Assembly: GCF_036321535.1 (NCBI RefSeq)
Contig: NC_087436.1
Span: 38,318,001 to 38,382,000 of the forward strand
Direction: 5' to 3'
Source: Camelus dromedarius
Lineage: Eukaryota
Length of the DNA stretch: 64,000 nt
The notes beneath the pieces are model-generated. The model was not told where the DNA came from and did not search any database. It saw only the letters and a program-made list of their open reading frames with translations. The position numbers and the translations under genes were made by a program. Shown here one piece after another: positions 51,180-64,000 of the stretch (positions are counted from its first letter, which is position 1; every line of letters begins with the position of its first letter).

Positions 51180-52760
51180 TATACAGTAGACAAACTTTGA
51201 GACTAGCTTTCACTCAGTACAATGCCTTTGAGATTCATCCAAGTTGTTATAATTTCTTATTTTAACTGTAAAATACATTTTAAAGGACTCAAGGGGAAAG
51301 CAGTCTATTATATTTACACAGATATTTGCGATTTCTGTTCTTTTTTCATTCTTGACAGTACAACTTTCTTTTCCTTCTGGGATCATGTACCTTCTGTCTG
51401 AAGAATTTATTTTAGCAATTATTTTATAACAGTTTTGCTAGCAACAACTCCTTTTGCTTTTCCTTCATCTGAAAATGTTTTCATTTCACTTTTATTCCTA
51501 AGGGATATTTTTACTGAATATGGAATCCTGGGTTAACAATTCTGTTTATGAAGCACATTAAAATTTTTGTTCCATTTCTTGCTGGGCTCCAGAGTTCCTG
51601 AAGAGAAACTAGAATCATTTGAGTCATTGCTTCCTAAAAGTAACAAGTCATTTTTCCTGGATGCCATCAAGATTTTTTCTTTGTATTTAGTTTTCAGCAG
51701 TTTTATTACGATGTGTTCAGGTTCAGATTTCCTCGAGTTTATCATGTTCAGAGTTTGCTGAATGCCTGAAATCTGTAGATTTATGTCTTTAGTCAAATTT
51801 TAGTAGTTTTCAGCCATCATTTCTTCAAATAAGTTTTAATATCATATTCTCTCTCTTCTATGATTCTGATAACTTGAATGTTACGTTCAGTATCAGTTCC
51901 ATTGTCAAATCTTTGCAGTGTTATTCATATCTGTCACATATGTGAGCCACTTGGTGGGCAGTTTGGTACCTGGGTGGTCACTGGTGGTCTATCTGTTTGC
52001 TCTCAGTATCTCTTGTTTAGGATCAGATACATAAATTCGACCTCAGGAGTAAGCTCAGGAGTTTATAAACAACTTTGGCTTCTCTTTTCTAAGTTCCTTC
52101 CCTTTCTGATCCTTGACTAGAATGCTAAGGTTTTAATTTCTCCAGTCTTCTGCACACTTTCTGTGACTGTGTGCATGTCTGGGGCCAATGGGCAGTATGA
52201 CAGAGAAACAAAAGCAACAGGGGTTTTACTCCACCTTCTTGGGGCCACAGCTCCTCCAGTTAAAGGGGAAGATCCCCTTCCCTTCAAATTTGTGACCATT
52301 CTGGGCTCCTGCTGCCACCACAAATGCTGCTGTTTCCATAGCCACTGTGGGTTTGTCTGTGAGCTAGAGTATGAGAGAACTAGGAAAATTTTAAAAATGT
52401 AAATGGGGAGGGGGGAATTTTTAAAATGTACATTCACTTTCTCTGAATATTTGGAGATTCCTATCCCACTCCCCAAGATGGAACTAGAGTTTCTCCTGGA
52501 AATCTGTCTGCACCTTGGTGCCCTCTTCTGGTGTTTGGGCTACCTTGCATCCAAGCCAGGTATATCAAAGAAATATGCAAAACTCACTGCCAATTTGGCA
52601 TTTGTTGAATTCTGGTCTTCCTCCTTAGTTGGCCAGCTACTGTTTATTTTCAAAGACCCAAAATGAATTATTCTCCAAGAACTGTCCAGGTTTTAGAGCT
52701 ATATTTGATGAGAAATACAGGGTAAAATATACTTACTCCATCTTACCCAAAATCAGAACT
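51180..52760 (-). mobile_element. Old L1 5' region / ORF1 remnant
   Basis: ORF 51533-51796 (-) KDINLQI...PEHIVIKLLKTKYKEKILMASR resembles the L1 ORF1p RRM region. The flanks are L1M-like. Confidence 0.75.
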
Positions 52761-53149
52761 CCCATTTCACTCCTTTTAATAATTAATTTTCAAATAATTT
52801 ACCTATTTGCTATCGACTTGGGTAAGCATTTGGTTTCTTAATACAGGACTATATGATGTGGAAGATGTGGCCACAGAAAAAGAATGAAGAGGAATCCAGT
52901 GGAATAAGTGGATCCTAGCCCCAAGAATCAAAGTGAAATGTAGGCTAGGAATACTAGGTCAAAGAGCTAGTCTATGAACCACAGGCTCCTTGTAACAGGA
53001 ACGAAGGCATATTCACTCCTGTGTACTCAGCACCCAATGTGAAGGAACACATATGGCACTCATCAAGCATTTTTTATGGGGTTGGTTCAATAGAAGATAA
53101 AGAAATACCAATGCAATATGTGTTGCCAGAATTTCTGGGGTTTGGTTAC

Positions 53150-53480
53150 TCAACCAGCAAGTAATTTACCTAATCATATTACCATCTATGGAACATTTCC
53201 ACTTCTCATCCTTTTTGGGCAAGACTTATCCTAAAAGACTTTGTCAAAAACTTACTGAAACAGATATACTTAGTTTGCATGTTGTTCTGATCTAGAAGTC
53301 TAATGCTTATTTTTAAAGGATATGGTATTAATTTTGGAAAACTAGCATTTAATGAACACATTTTGGCTTCTAGAGATGATAGTGTCCTTTGAATGATTAC
53401 TCACTAGATTTTAAATTATCCTTAAAAATTTTTGCAAAGTTTGTTTGTGGTTTTCTGAATTTGCAGTAGCCTGTCGTTGT
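53150..53480 (-). mobile_element. L3/CR1 LINE fragment
   Basis: 'gactttgtcaaaaacttactgaaacagatatac...ctgatcta...tgaacacattttggcttctag' resembles antisense CR1 RT sequence (the DFSKAFDKV region). Confidence 0.55.
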
Positions 53481-53559
53481 TGAAAATGTGAAAACACTTT
53501 AGTGATCTATATACTATGCCATCCCAACTGAAGTAATTTAGTAAGAAATACTTATATTA

Positions 53560-53715
53560 CAACGGTTTATACAGCCCAATGTCCTCATTTTAGAAATGAA
53601 GAAATTAAGACTCAAAAATATTAGGCTATTTGCCCAAGATCACATAAAATATTAGTAAAAAGTGCTACTAATCAAGACACAGAAGGCCCCTTGATACTGC
53701 TTTCACTTTTCTATT
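53560..53715 (-). mobile_element. MIR
   Basis: 'ctcattttagaaatgaagaaattaagactca...ttgcccaagatcaca'. Confidence 0.7.
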
Positions 53716-54109
53716 ATTAATGTAGTCTCTTACAGTTGTTCTCACAGCTCTTATGATAGCTGAGTGATGTGAATTGCTTGCCAATTTTTACCTCAAGAGG
53801 GTAAAGTTAGGTCTTGTATTTTACAATTTGGGAAAATGTCAGTGGTTTAGAAAAGTGGGTCTTCATTGTCTCAAGATAACTGCAGCCCCAAATATCATGT
53901 TCACACTATATTTGAAGACACAAATGTGTTGGAAAAACTATGATTCCTAACAATTCTTCTCAATCACCAGGTTATAATCACTTTCTTTCTTACACTCCCA
54001 ATACCTCTACCTTTCTAAGTTAATTCTTCGGAAAACATCAAGACTCTAAGATGAAACAAATCTCTGCTTTTTCCACCACTGTGCACTGAGTCCCTAATTG
54101 TATATGGAA

Positions 54110-54290
54110 AGACACCATCAGGATGACTCTCAGATTTATATCTCTAGACTGGACTTCTTTCCTGAACTCCACATTCGTAGAATTACAGACTACGTGACAT
54201 CTGCAATTTGATGTATAATAAATATCTCAGTATTAACATGCCCAAAACTAAGCTCTGAGTGTTTCCCTCAAAACTTTACCCTACCTTTAG
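54110..54290 (+). mobile_element. L2 fragment
   Basis: 'gatgactctcagatttatatctctag...cctgaactcca...aacatgcccaaaact'. Confidence 0.7.
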
Positions 54291-54989
54291 CTTCCCTTTA
54301 ATTTGGATTTTTAAATTTTTTTAACCTTTATATTTCTATGTTTTTAAGCAAGGATGAATGTTTCTTATTCTCTGGCTTTCCTATCTTTAAATATATTAAC
54401 ATAGTTGTTCTATCGTTGACTTTATCATTTCAATATCAGCAATCTCAGCAAGTCTCTTTCTCCTATCTGTGCTTCTGCTGAGTCTTGCTGTTTCCTGGTG
54501 TGCTGGAACATATCTGTATACCTCTCATTACTCTATTTCAAAGTTACACACCAAGGCATACCAGCTGGGTATAATGGAGCACTGGCTGATCTTGTCTCTT
54601 TAGTAGTTGCTAATCTTTAATCTTTAGAAAATTAGAGAAAGCATGTACCTGATTATCTCTCTTTATTACCATGTTTGCAATTAGATTTATCATTTATTTA
54701 TCAACTATTTGGTAGAGTAAATGTGTTTCTTAATGTTTTATTCTATTTTTGCTGCACAATATTTTAAGAATTGTTGATAGAAGTTTTCTCTGTAATAGAA
54801 TTTTTCTATAAAACAGACAGGTGGAAATAACAAAGTATATTTAGTATATTTAGTTAGTGATTTCTCCTCTCTTGTTTACTCTGAGTCAAAATAAAAGACA
54901 ATAGTACATGGTTACATTCATTTTTATGCTAAATATATTTAAATACTTGAGCATGCTTCTAAAACTTACTGATATTTATTGTAAAATAC

Positions 54990-56945
54990 CGTGTCAAGAT
55001 ATGTGAGAAATGAATAAATAAAAAAACTAACAACATTCCTGGTTGGGAAAACTCAACATTTTAAATCCGTAAATTCTCAAAAACTGTACCTGAAAATTCA
55101 ATGCATTATCAATCAATATCCCATGAGACAGTATCTCAGAGTTGGAAAATATGACTGTAAAATTTATTTTAAAAAATGAATAATAAAAATAGGAGAAATG
55201 TTGAAAAAAGAATAAACTTAAGGGAACTTATCCAACCAGATGATAGTACATAGTCCCAACTTCAGGAAAGACAATGGACAAAATAAAAAGTCCAGAAACA
55301 ACGTACATGAAACAGAGATCATATCATATTGGATCAATGGTGAAAATAATTGATTATGTAAATATTGGCATTTGGATAACATGTTTAACAGCTTGGAAAA
55401 AATTTACATGATCCAAATAGTCATTATACATTAATATAAGTTCCAGAGAGAGTAATATTTAAAAGCAATAAATACGGTATGAGGTAACAATGGTGCCCTA
55501 CAAACTTTTGTAATTCGGCAGCCTGGGAATAAGAGATTGCAAAAGTGCTAGAAGGATACGGGGCAAATAATCATAAAATCTTAGGGATTCAACACCAGGT
55601 TATAAAGGAAAAGAAATGACTTTTCTACATAAAATTTTAACACCAGATAATGGAAAACACAAAAAATTTAAAACATTTAAAGAAAAAATTTCAATATATT
55701 TGTCAAACAAAACATTTTATACTATGTTAGAAGTTTTTACAAAATCTCAAAAAAGATACACATCTTCCTAACAGAAAAGGAAGCAAAAGATAAGAAGAAA
55801 AAAATTACAAAGAAATAATATAAGCAACAAATAATATTATGTAAAAAATTACTCTCATTAATAAAGAAATGCTTATTAGGATAGCACTTTCATCATAAAA
55901 TATATTTTATATTACTATTAAATATTTGTATTAAATACTAAAATTGGTGACCTTTTAAAGCAAATGGGTAATTTTATAAATTATTGTTGAGTAATTGTGT
56001 TAATCTTTCTGAAAACTTTAAAAATCCTGTTCTGTCTTTAACCACTCAATTTTACATCTAGGATTTTGTTCAAAGGAAATAAAGAAAAATTTGCCTGAAT
56101 TCATATTTAACTATTTATGATTGCAAATTATTTTAAAGCAATCTAAATACATAGTAGATCATTTGCCAATTAAAACTTACTATATCCAAGCATGGATATA
56201 TGTTGTACATTAATTTTTATCACTAAAAAAAATGTTTAACTATTATCAAGTGAAAATACATAGGTTCCAGGACAATATCCACAGTTTGCCTTTATAAATT
56301 CTCATGTAAGATTAGTTCTAAGGATAGAATAGAATTAGATAGTAGAGGAACCTGATAAACTTGGTAGCAAAGCTGAATGGACCACTCACTAGCTATTTGA
56401 ACATATTCATGACCCTAAAATTCCACTCCTTTATAATCTAATGCAAATGTATTTCAGGAAATGTGTACAGGGAAGTTCATAGTAGTGCTATTCCTGATAA
56501 CCCCTATCTAAACTAGAATGGGTAGGAAAAAAAAAAAAAGAAATGTATTCACATAACAACACAAGTAAACAGAATACAGCTACACAACTAGTATGACTCT
56601 CATAAATACAGTATAGAGCAGATGAAACATGACACACGCATACAGTACAAGTCTATTTATGTAAAGCTTAAAAACCTTGTAAAACAAAGCTATATTATTT
56701 AGGCAAACAAGCATACGTGGCAAAATTATGAAGAAAAACAGCAAAAGGAAACAATAACCACATAAGGAGTATGACCTCTAGAGTAGAGGTAGGTTATTAT
56801 AACTAATAATCCCATGGCTTCTGGAATGTTCGCAGTATTCTATTTCTTGATGCTGGTGGAGGGAACTGCATGGGAGAGCACATGATAATTATGCACTAAT
56901 ACATTTATATTTTACTCTTTATATATGTTGTATTTCACAATAAAG
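54990..56945 (+). mobile_element. Decayed old L1 ORF2 and 3'UTR fragments
   Basis: 'ttcctggttgggaaaactcaacatt', 'aagtccagaaaca', 'gaccctaaaattccactcct' and 'tattctatttcttgat...tatttcacaataaa'. Probably two or more elements. Confidence 0.6.
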
Positions 56946-59339
56946 TAAGGATTTCTAGCAGTTGGCATTTGCTTATCTATAGAAGTATCCAGGTCTTTGA
57001 TCATCTGATTAATGGGCTATAACATATGATGGAATAAGAAGGAATGAGTTGGTCCCCTTCAGAGCCTACCATTCCATTCTGAAGGACTGTTGATCTAATC
57101 TATTTGTCTCCTCTTGTAGGGAAAATACTTGAGTTTTCCTAGTAGTGGAGTGCATTTTGCTGTACTATCCCAACTCCTTGTCTTTGTTGCCATCAGGATT
57201 AACATGAAGCATTTACAAAGCAGATGGCCAGCTTTGCATGCCATCACTTTCACAGGTCCAGATGTGGCCTGAACCTATGACCTTATCAGTATCTACAGTA
57301 AATAACTGAACTGACTCAAGCTAGTCCTAAAAAGAACTGTAAGTGGATAGCAAAATAAGGAAAATGGGAGTGTGTTTGTTTTAAAATAATTAACTAAAAC
57401 ATCTATTTGTTCTATAATGAAAAGTAAAGAAATGAATTAATAGAATAAGGCAATTTTTATACGGAGCTAGACTATACTACTGAGTTTTTTCTTTCATTTG
57501 AGCAAAAGAAAGAACAGAAAAAAAAGTTAAGCACCATCTTTATATGTGAGGTATAGCACATTTTTATTATTTCTCTCTATAAAAGACACATAGATGAATA
57601 TAGATATTAGCACTTTAAATTCTTTCCTAATATCCAGAAAGAAAGGAAAAGAAATAGGAATATTAGTAACTATAATATATTCCCTAGAAGAGTAACTGTT
57701 GAAAAACAGAATCTAGATTCCACATTTGTATTTTTTAAGTTAACAGTTAAAATTTTAGAAAGTAAAAAATACATGCAAAAGAATGTAAACAATATATTAA
57801 ATATTCCAAACCAGCTATTATTTAATTTTTCAAATAATTCTGTAATTAAATTTGAGAATAAGCATTATAAGTGCCTCAATAACTCAAGATTTTAAATGAG
57901 CTATCTCTGAAAAGTGTGCTTGTTTATACAAAATATTAAAATCATTTTTACTTGTTGGCTTTAATAAATAAAATTATGACTAAGCATGTTGAAGACATTC
58001 TCTTAAATGGAAAATTTCAAAAATTAAAACAAATCGCTGCTTTTTACACACATTACACTGATAATTTCTTCTCCAGAAGAGATTCCTTTTTTGACCATTG
58101 GCCAAATTTATCCATTACTGTCCTCTCCCAATTTCAAAATGCTGAGTCTCTTTTGTATTTGTGCATGCATTACTATAAAAATAGAAAATTTCTTTTTGGA
58201 TCTGAAATTATTTAAACATGTTTGCTTTAGTGTTAGCCTTAGTTTAGCTTTCAGCTCCCTCACAACCTTTGATGCAGAAATGGTGAAAGGTAGAATGAAT
58301 CCCATTTCTGTAAGTTTAAATATTCAGGAATGGACAATGTTCCTTTTCAAGGCAATGACCCTTCCTGATTTATTAGCTACTCCTTCTGGATTTATCCATG
58401 TGGGAAAACTGCCAAAGCTCATTTGTCTTTTCCTGCCTGTATCCTGATGTCATGACATTGAGGCACTTTGTTCTGCAAAAGTATTTTTAAAAGGTGACAA
58501 GCCTTTCCCTGTGGAACATTTAAATAATAATAAAAAACACTTTTAATTAGGATCTGGAATAACTGCTAAGAAGAAAGTGGGAATAGAGTGTAGCTCTCCA
58601 CAGCTCTCACAGTAGACTGATTTTATGATTCTTTGGTTATCCCTGGCTACACTTGAACATAGCTCTGGTATAGTGAAGTTGTTTTTCTTTTAGAATATCC
58701 AGCTCTTTCTTGCAAGGTTAAACATTCTCTTTATTAAGGTCTGTGAGGATCACATTTCATTGTTCCCCATACTATTTACCAAAACATTTGTTTTAGCTCT
58801 TAAAGTCATTGTCCTTCTCAATATTCAAGTTAGAAAATCAAGAAAACATAATAGTCAGACTTTTTTATCATCCTAATATTTGAATCAATGTCTTCCTACA
58901 TGTATAGTTAAACATTTAGAAGATTTTTGTTGGGAGAACTAAAATAAGATTATATAATCCACCTTATCCATTTTATGGAATAGGAAACCAAGGCCAAGAA
59001 ACACAAAGTGGAATATTTAGTACAGACAGCACTAAATCTCTTTGGTTTTTTACTGTAGTATACTCATTTGATGAGTAATTATCTAAGGTTGTATAACAAT
59101 TCTTTGTTTCAAGATAATAATAAAGGAAAGACAAAAAATCTTTAAAATAATTTATACTGAAGAAATTCAGAAAAAAGGTCATAATCAAATTTGGTCATAT
59201 TTTCTCTAAAACAGTGTCATGAACAACATTACTCAGACATTTTCTTTTTCTTTATAAACGAGATTTCTTTGCAAAAAGTTTTTTACCTCCTCTTACTCTC
59301 TCCACTTGCACACATCTTATGTCCCAAGCACAGGAGGGA

Positions 59340-59580
59340 ATGCAAATGATGCCTTATCTGTGAAGTCTTCCCAAACACACCAATGTGTTCTTTCGATACA
59401 ATCCATACTTTCCTTTACTCATATCATACTGTAATTATTTGTACATATTTCAGTTTTCTCCATCAAAATGTGAGTTCTCCCAGGGCAGGGAACATATGAT
59501 TTATTTTTGTATCTCTGGTGTCACCACTACAGTAAGTCATTCAATTAGTATTTGCTAAGTGAATCAATATATGAATGATT
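59340..59580 (+). mobile_element. L2 3' end
   Basis: 'aatgtgagttctcccagggcagggaac...tgtatctc...agtatttgctaagtgaat...gaatga'. Confidence 0.75.
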
Positions 59581-60029
59581 GCTTCATGGTAATTTCCCAA
59601 AGTATTCTGGAATATTTTACACGTAGTTGTTTGGTTTTTGTTTTTCTTTTCCAGTGTCCTCAGTGTGAATGAATATACCTACCTAGGTTGCAGAACAATA
59701 AAGCATCTATTTTCCCTTCCCCCATTCCCTGAAAACAGCCATAATTTCAGCTTCCAAAGAGGATTATTATAAGGCATTCACTTAGTAATTACACTTGAGC
59801 AAGCTATGGAATTTCAAATAGAGATATATTTAGGTTCATCACCCCCTTTATTATGCTGTCAAATTATTTCCAGTATGTTTCAAAGCCTAATAAAATGTAT
59901 TAATTGATATTCTGATGGTTTAAAGAATGAATGTAGCCCTCAACATTTTAATGAACTACCAGGGAATAGCAAAGGTCCAAAGGAGTAACATACAGAATCA
60001 ACATTAACAATAAAAGCCAATAAAATATT

Positions 60030-60545
60030 TTATCCACTTGGGGTTTCACAACATAACAGAGATATGAAGAATTTAGAAAGGATACAAAACAGATTCATAA
60101 TACCAGAAGATGACATTAAAACCTGGTATGGAGACAGGAACTATAAAAATAACAATAATAATATGGGGAAATATGCCTAGATATTTCCTTTTCAACACAT
60201 AAAACTAAAGAATATAATATCAAGATGAATTATTTTGGTATACAGGACTTAACAGTAAGATTATGGGTGTTCACTGTTTATTAATTTTTGTACCTTTCAA
60301 AAATATCAAATGAACATTTATTACTTTTATAATCATATGAAAATAAAATCAGTAACTAGACAAATTGTTCAGTACTCATAGTTCTTAATCATTGAAACAT
60401 TTTACTGAAAGAGGTTCTGAAAAATCCATCCCTGGAGATTATTAGAATTAGGATAGAGACAGATTAGTTTGGAACAGGTCAAGTAGAACTTGCTTAAATG
60501 GCGACCTCTACATCTGCCTTCCATTCATAATGTCTATGATTGATC
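60030..60545 (+). mobile_element. Probable L3/CR1 3' remnants interrupted by an old L1 3'UTR piece (about 60120-60345)
   Basis: CR1-like terminus 'gacctctacatctgccttccattcataatgtctatgatt' at about 60500-60541. Confidence 0.4.
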
Positions 60546-60995
60546 CTAAGTGTTGTTTAAAACAGAAAAGTTTCTATTTTTAAGGAAACATAATCTAGCA
60601 TGTAATAGAAACAGACTTTTTGTTTGGGGAACTGGTAAGATCTATAAATTCATACCTAACTACATTATCAAATAAATCTTTTTTCCTTTTGTTTTCTGAG
60701 ATTTCCCTAAATTCCAAATTATATTTTCCTTTTCTCCCTTTCAATAAATATCTCCTTTGAGGATACTCAGGAATAAAATTATAATTAAACCACAGAATTG
60801 ATTATTTAATGCAAATCCCTATAAAGTACAATCACAGAATTGATAAATGGTCTTAGCCACACATTAACCTACATTTATAAAACACTGAGCATAAGAAACA
60901 ACATCATAAGCCAATAAAATAAAGATTTCCCAACACCCCCAAAGCGCTACCTAGGAGATGGATACAAAGACTTAAAATAAATCTCTGGTACATAT

Positions 60996-61072
60996 ATAGG
61001 TTGAATATCTTGAAATTGTTGATATTTCACTATTTTGACCTAAATAAAAATAATTTCATGTGGTTCAATGCA
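60996..61072. mobile_element. MADE2-like mariner MITE, about 80 bp
   Basis: Decayed inverted termini 'taggttgaatatcttgaaattg' and 'taatttcatgtggttcaa', with internal 'ttttgaccta'. Confidence 0.65.
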
Positions 61073-62709
61073 AGGCATGTATATTTAAAAAAAAAACAAA
61101 CAAAATAATGAATTACATAGTTCATGAAATAAACAGTATTAGGATAAAAACTATTCAAGTGTGAAATGGAAAATTTCATTTGACATTTTTTAGCTTTTTT
61201 GATTTGGAAAATTTGTCTTTTCTTTTAAGTATGCTAACAAACTTGCTTTCTGATAAATCTTTTTAAAAGCAAGAAAAAAAGAGAATAGAAACAATTTTAT
61301 GATGCATAGAGGTGAATATGAAAAAATTGTATCAAAAAATTAAATAAACCAGGCAAAAGGTAGTTTTCATTGATAGGTAACTCATCATATGACATAAATT
61401 TAGTTTCAAATTCCAAATGAACCTTGATTAAGGGTCACTTTTCTAGTTATTTCTAGGTCTTTGATATTACTAGTACAAATATATATTCATCAAAACATAG
61501 TAACATATGTATGCAATCATGTAAAAATATCTTTCAACTAATTTTGCTGCATTTCTTTATTTCATAAGACGTATTGAAGTTTCTAGCTTTAGTTGATAAA
61601 ATCGCAAAAACAGAGCACCAAAGCTATTTCACACAAAATGAACAGAACCAATCGTAAAATCATTAGGTAATAAACACATTTTAAGAATTTTTAAGACATT
61701 TTCTTAAATTTTTAAATTTAGAAAAGATATTCTAAATGAAAATTCTAGGATAGCAATGTGAAGATATATTATTGATTCAGTAATTATTTAATGTAATTTA
61801 AATATGCAATAGAATTCTCCCTTCATGGCAAGCTATTTCACTGCTGATGTTTTGTAGGGAATGAAAAAGCTTCAGCTAGGGTAAGAGGCTAGAAAGAGGC
61901 TCACAGGACTTGTAAATTCACATACTGAGAGAAGCATGCTCTATTTATAAGAGTACTTCTACCTCATTTATCACAATGGAGTCTGATTTTAATTATCCCC
62001 TATCAGGATCCTGTACCAACTGTTCTTTCTACCAAAAGGGAGTATGTCAGAACATTTTGGCAAGATTTATACACCAAATCAGTCCCTGCCAGCAATTCTC
62101 AAACTGAAGTCATAAAACTATTTGTTGATGTTTAAATCACCAAAAGCTCAGGGCGGATGGGACATTGAACGAAACCAGGAAAAGGGGATATTGAAAACAA
62201 CCCTCTATTTTTCAACCAACTCACCATTATGACAAAATTTGAACACTCTATTCAACATTCCTTTTGACTTGTAACCTCTGTTATATTTTCTGTTCCATAG
62301 GCGTAAAAAACAAAACAACTCTTGGCCTATTCTAAACCAGTTATTCTGATTTCATGCCTTCTTTTGCACTATTTTCATTCCTGAAATCTTGTGGCATCCA
62401 AAATCTTTCCCCGTATAGAAATGTTGAAACCAGTGTTTCCCACCGCTCACCCATTACAACAGGACACTCTTCACTACTAAGCCAGAAACAAGCAAACCAC
62501 CTAATCAAACGTGCGTGGAATCCACGGCGGGGAGGAGGGGAGGGGAGGAAGACTAAGGAGAGGAAGAGAGGAGAGAAGGAAGGAACAAAGAAGTGTTACT
62601 AGCAAAGCCCATTAAAAATTCCCAGGAAATAAGTAAAGAATCTGGGTTATAAAATAAAATCTAACCTTTTTTTCTCTTTTCCTCTGTGCTTCCTCTAGTT
62701 TCACCTGTT

Positions 62710-63005
62710 CACAGGGCGCCACACGCAGAGGCCTCCCACCCGGCCCTTCAGACCTGCGGTCCCGGCGCCAAGCGGCCGCGCAGCACTGCTTCCGGCCGTG
62801 TGCAGAAGCGCTGCGCACCACCCCTCATTCAATATGGCGGGCGGGCGGCGCGCAGGGCCGCTGCACCCGGCACTGCCACGGCCCGGCTCAGCACCGCTGA
62901 GCGGCAGCGAGAACTCCGCCCCTCCCCCTGGACGGGAGCCTGGAAGCAGCCCGGCCGCCCATGGCCTCTCGGACTGCGAGTGCCCTAGAGCGGGAACCGG
63001 CACCT
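62710..63005. promoter_or_regulatory. Small CpG island, probable promoter
   Basis: The only CpG-dense stretch in the window. NotI site 62772-62779, ETS-type CTTCCGG 62789-62795, NRF1-like GCGCTGCGCA 62808-62817, YY1-like CAATATGGCGG 62830-62840, GC box CTCCGCCCC 62914-62922. Gene not recognised. Confidence 0.8.
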
Positions 63006-63734
63006 CTCCATTCTGTGACCAGGCAGTAAAGCTTTCCTTTGCTTCTGAACCCAAACTTGGTCTCCTTCTATTCGCTCTAACAACACCTTCTTGGGGCCTG
63101 ACTTGAAAGGGCCAGTAACAGAAGGAAATAATCTGTAGATGAATTCCTATTTATTTATTATACATCCAAAGAGATCTAAATTAATTAATTCCTTGGGACC
63201 AAAAGTCCTTTATGTGAAGCACAAAGACTTTATATGAAGTCATGTAAAATCATACAGTAACCACCACAATAATCAAACATCATAAAACTTGAAAACTCTT
63301 GCTTGTAGGCTAAAAGACCAGAAATATTTCAGCGCAGACCTTTTATTTATCTCCTGCCTAAAGTGAACACTGAATATACGATGTATACAAAGTTGTAAAG
63401 TTCCTTAGCTTCCAGGCTTCTCCGTGTCCTTCTTCCTCCAGGACCCCAATGGCCTCTTGCTCTTTTATTCTCTCCTGCGTTTCCAGCATCAATTTATACA
63501 AAGGGCATGGAACATTTAGGAAGTTAACTTCACTCACAATAAGATGTTTCATGAGCCAGGCAGTTGGCGCCTTTTAATCTCACTGAGATGAAAGACTGTC
63601 AGTTTATTCCTTCGTTTGTCTCTGCTCTTCACCTCTCTTTGAAAAAACTTCCGGTCAGCCTCAGGCTAGGAAGGTAAGTATAACCACACTTACCTGGGTT
63701 TAATAGTAAAAAAAAAAAAATTATAATTTAGAAG

Positions 63735-63895
63735 AGTGTTTCTCAAACCACAAATCATTTGAATGAGAATTACCTGGACTCTTGGTGAAAACTCAGATCC
63801 CAGGGCCACATTCCACACCGACTGAATCCTAACCTCCTCTGGAGAACCCCCACATGGCCCCACAGTGCAGATGATTCTCAAACTGCTGAACTCTG
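63735..63895. mobile_element. MER5-like hAT element
   Basis: 'agtgtttctcaaac...agaattacctgga...cagatcccagggcc...actgaatc'. Confidence 0.65.
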
Positions 63896-64000
63896 AGGGC
63901 TACTACCTGAGGGCAACTATTCAAATTCTATTCATATAAAAAAGCAGTATCACAGCTAAATGCATTTTTCATGAAATAAACTTTTCTTAAGATGTGTGCT

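Noticed and set aside
57180..57320. Possible ancient tRNA-derived SINE (MamSINE1-like) on the - strand
   Set aside because: Only a vague B-box-like resemblance (gcctgaacctatgacctt), too degenerate to call without an HMM search.
62886..62905. REST/RE1-like TCAGCACC within the hairpin GCTCAGC-ACC-GCTGAGC
   Set aside because: Only the left half-site is present. The GGACAG right half is missing.
62612..63106. Assigning a gene symbol to the CpG-island promoter
   Set aside because: None of the overlapping frames or the flanking sequence matches a gene I recognise.
63555..63572. CTCF-like sequence ccaggcagttggcgcc, and similar near 37969
   Set aside because: Mismatches at high-information core positions.
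63688..63700. U1 snRNA gene or pseudogene
   Set aside because: Identity stops after 10 nt, with no U1 body or Sm site.

Overview
AT-rich eutherian mammal genomic DNA. It is probably a camelid or another non-ruminant cetartiodactyl, judged from recall of the young L1 3'UTR style and the absence of recognisable Alu, B1/B2, Bov-tA/BovB or PRE-1. I can support no host protein-coding exon. All convincing ORF-track hits are LINE-1 remnants: ORF2 EN, RT-YADD and CCHC pieces at 24.2-28.0 kb and 20.9-21.2 kb, and an ORF1 piece at 51.5-51.8 kb. Much of the window is interspersed repeat: young and old L1, L2, L3/CR1, MIR, MaLR/ERVL/ERV solo LTRs and MER33, Tigger3/MER2, MER5 and MADE2 DNA elements. It includes a nested insertion stack at 19.9-28.5 kb with readable target-site duplications (TSDs). 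A small CpG island at about 62.7-63.0 kb looks like a promoter, and the rest looks like a long intron or gene-desert flank with repeat-poor, motif-rich blocks. I see no new multi-gene system. The best leads are regulatory or RNA-level: a near-perfect OCT4-SOX2 composite site beside an intact-looking solo LTR, a 5' splice site paired with its own U1-like antisense copy, a YY1/Kozak sORF in the CpG island, a pre-miRNA-like hairpin, and small retrotransposition or template-switch scars. Repeat family names come from recalled consensus sequences, not a search, and old-repeat boundaries are approximate.
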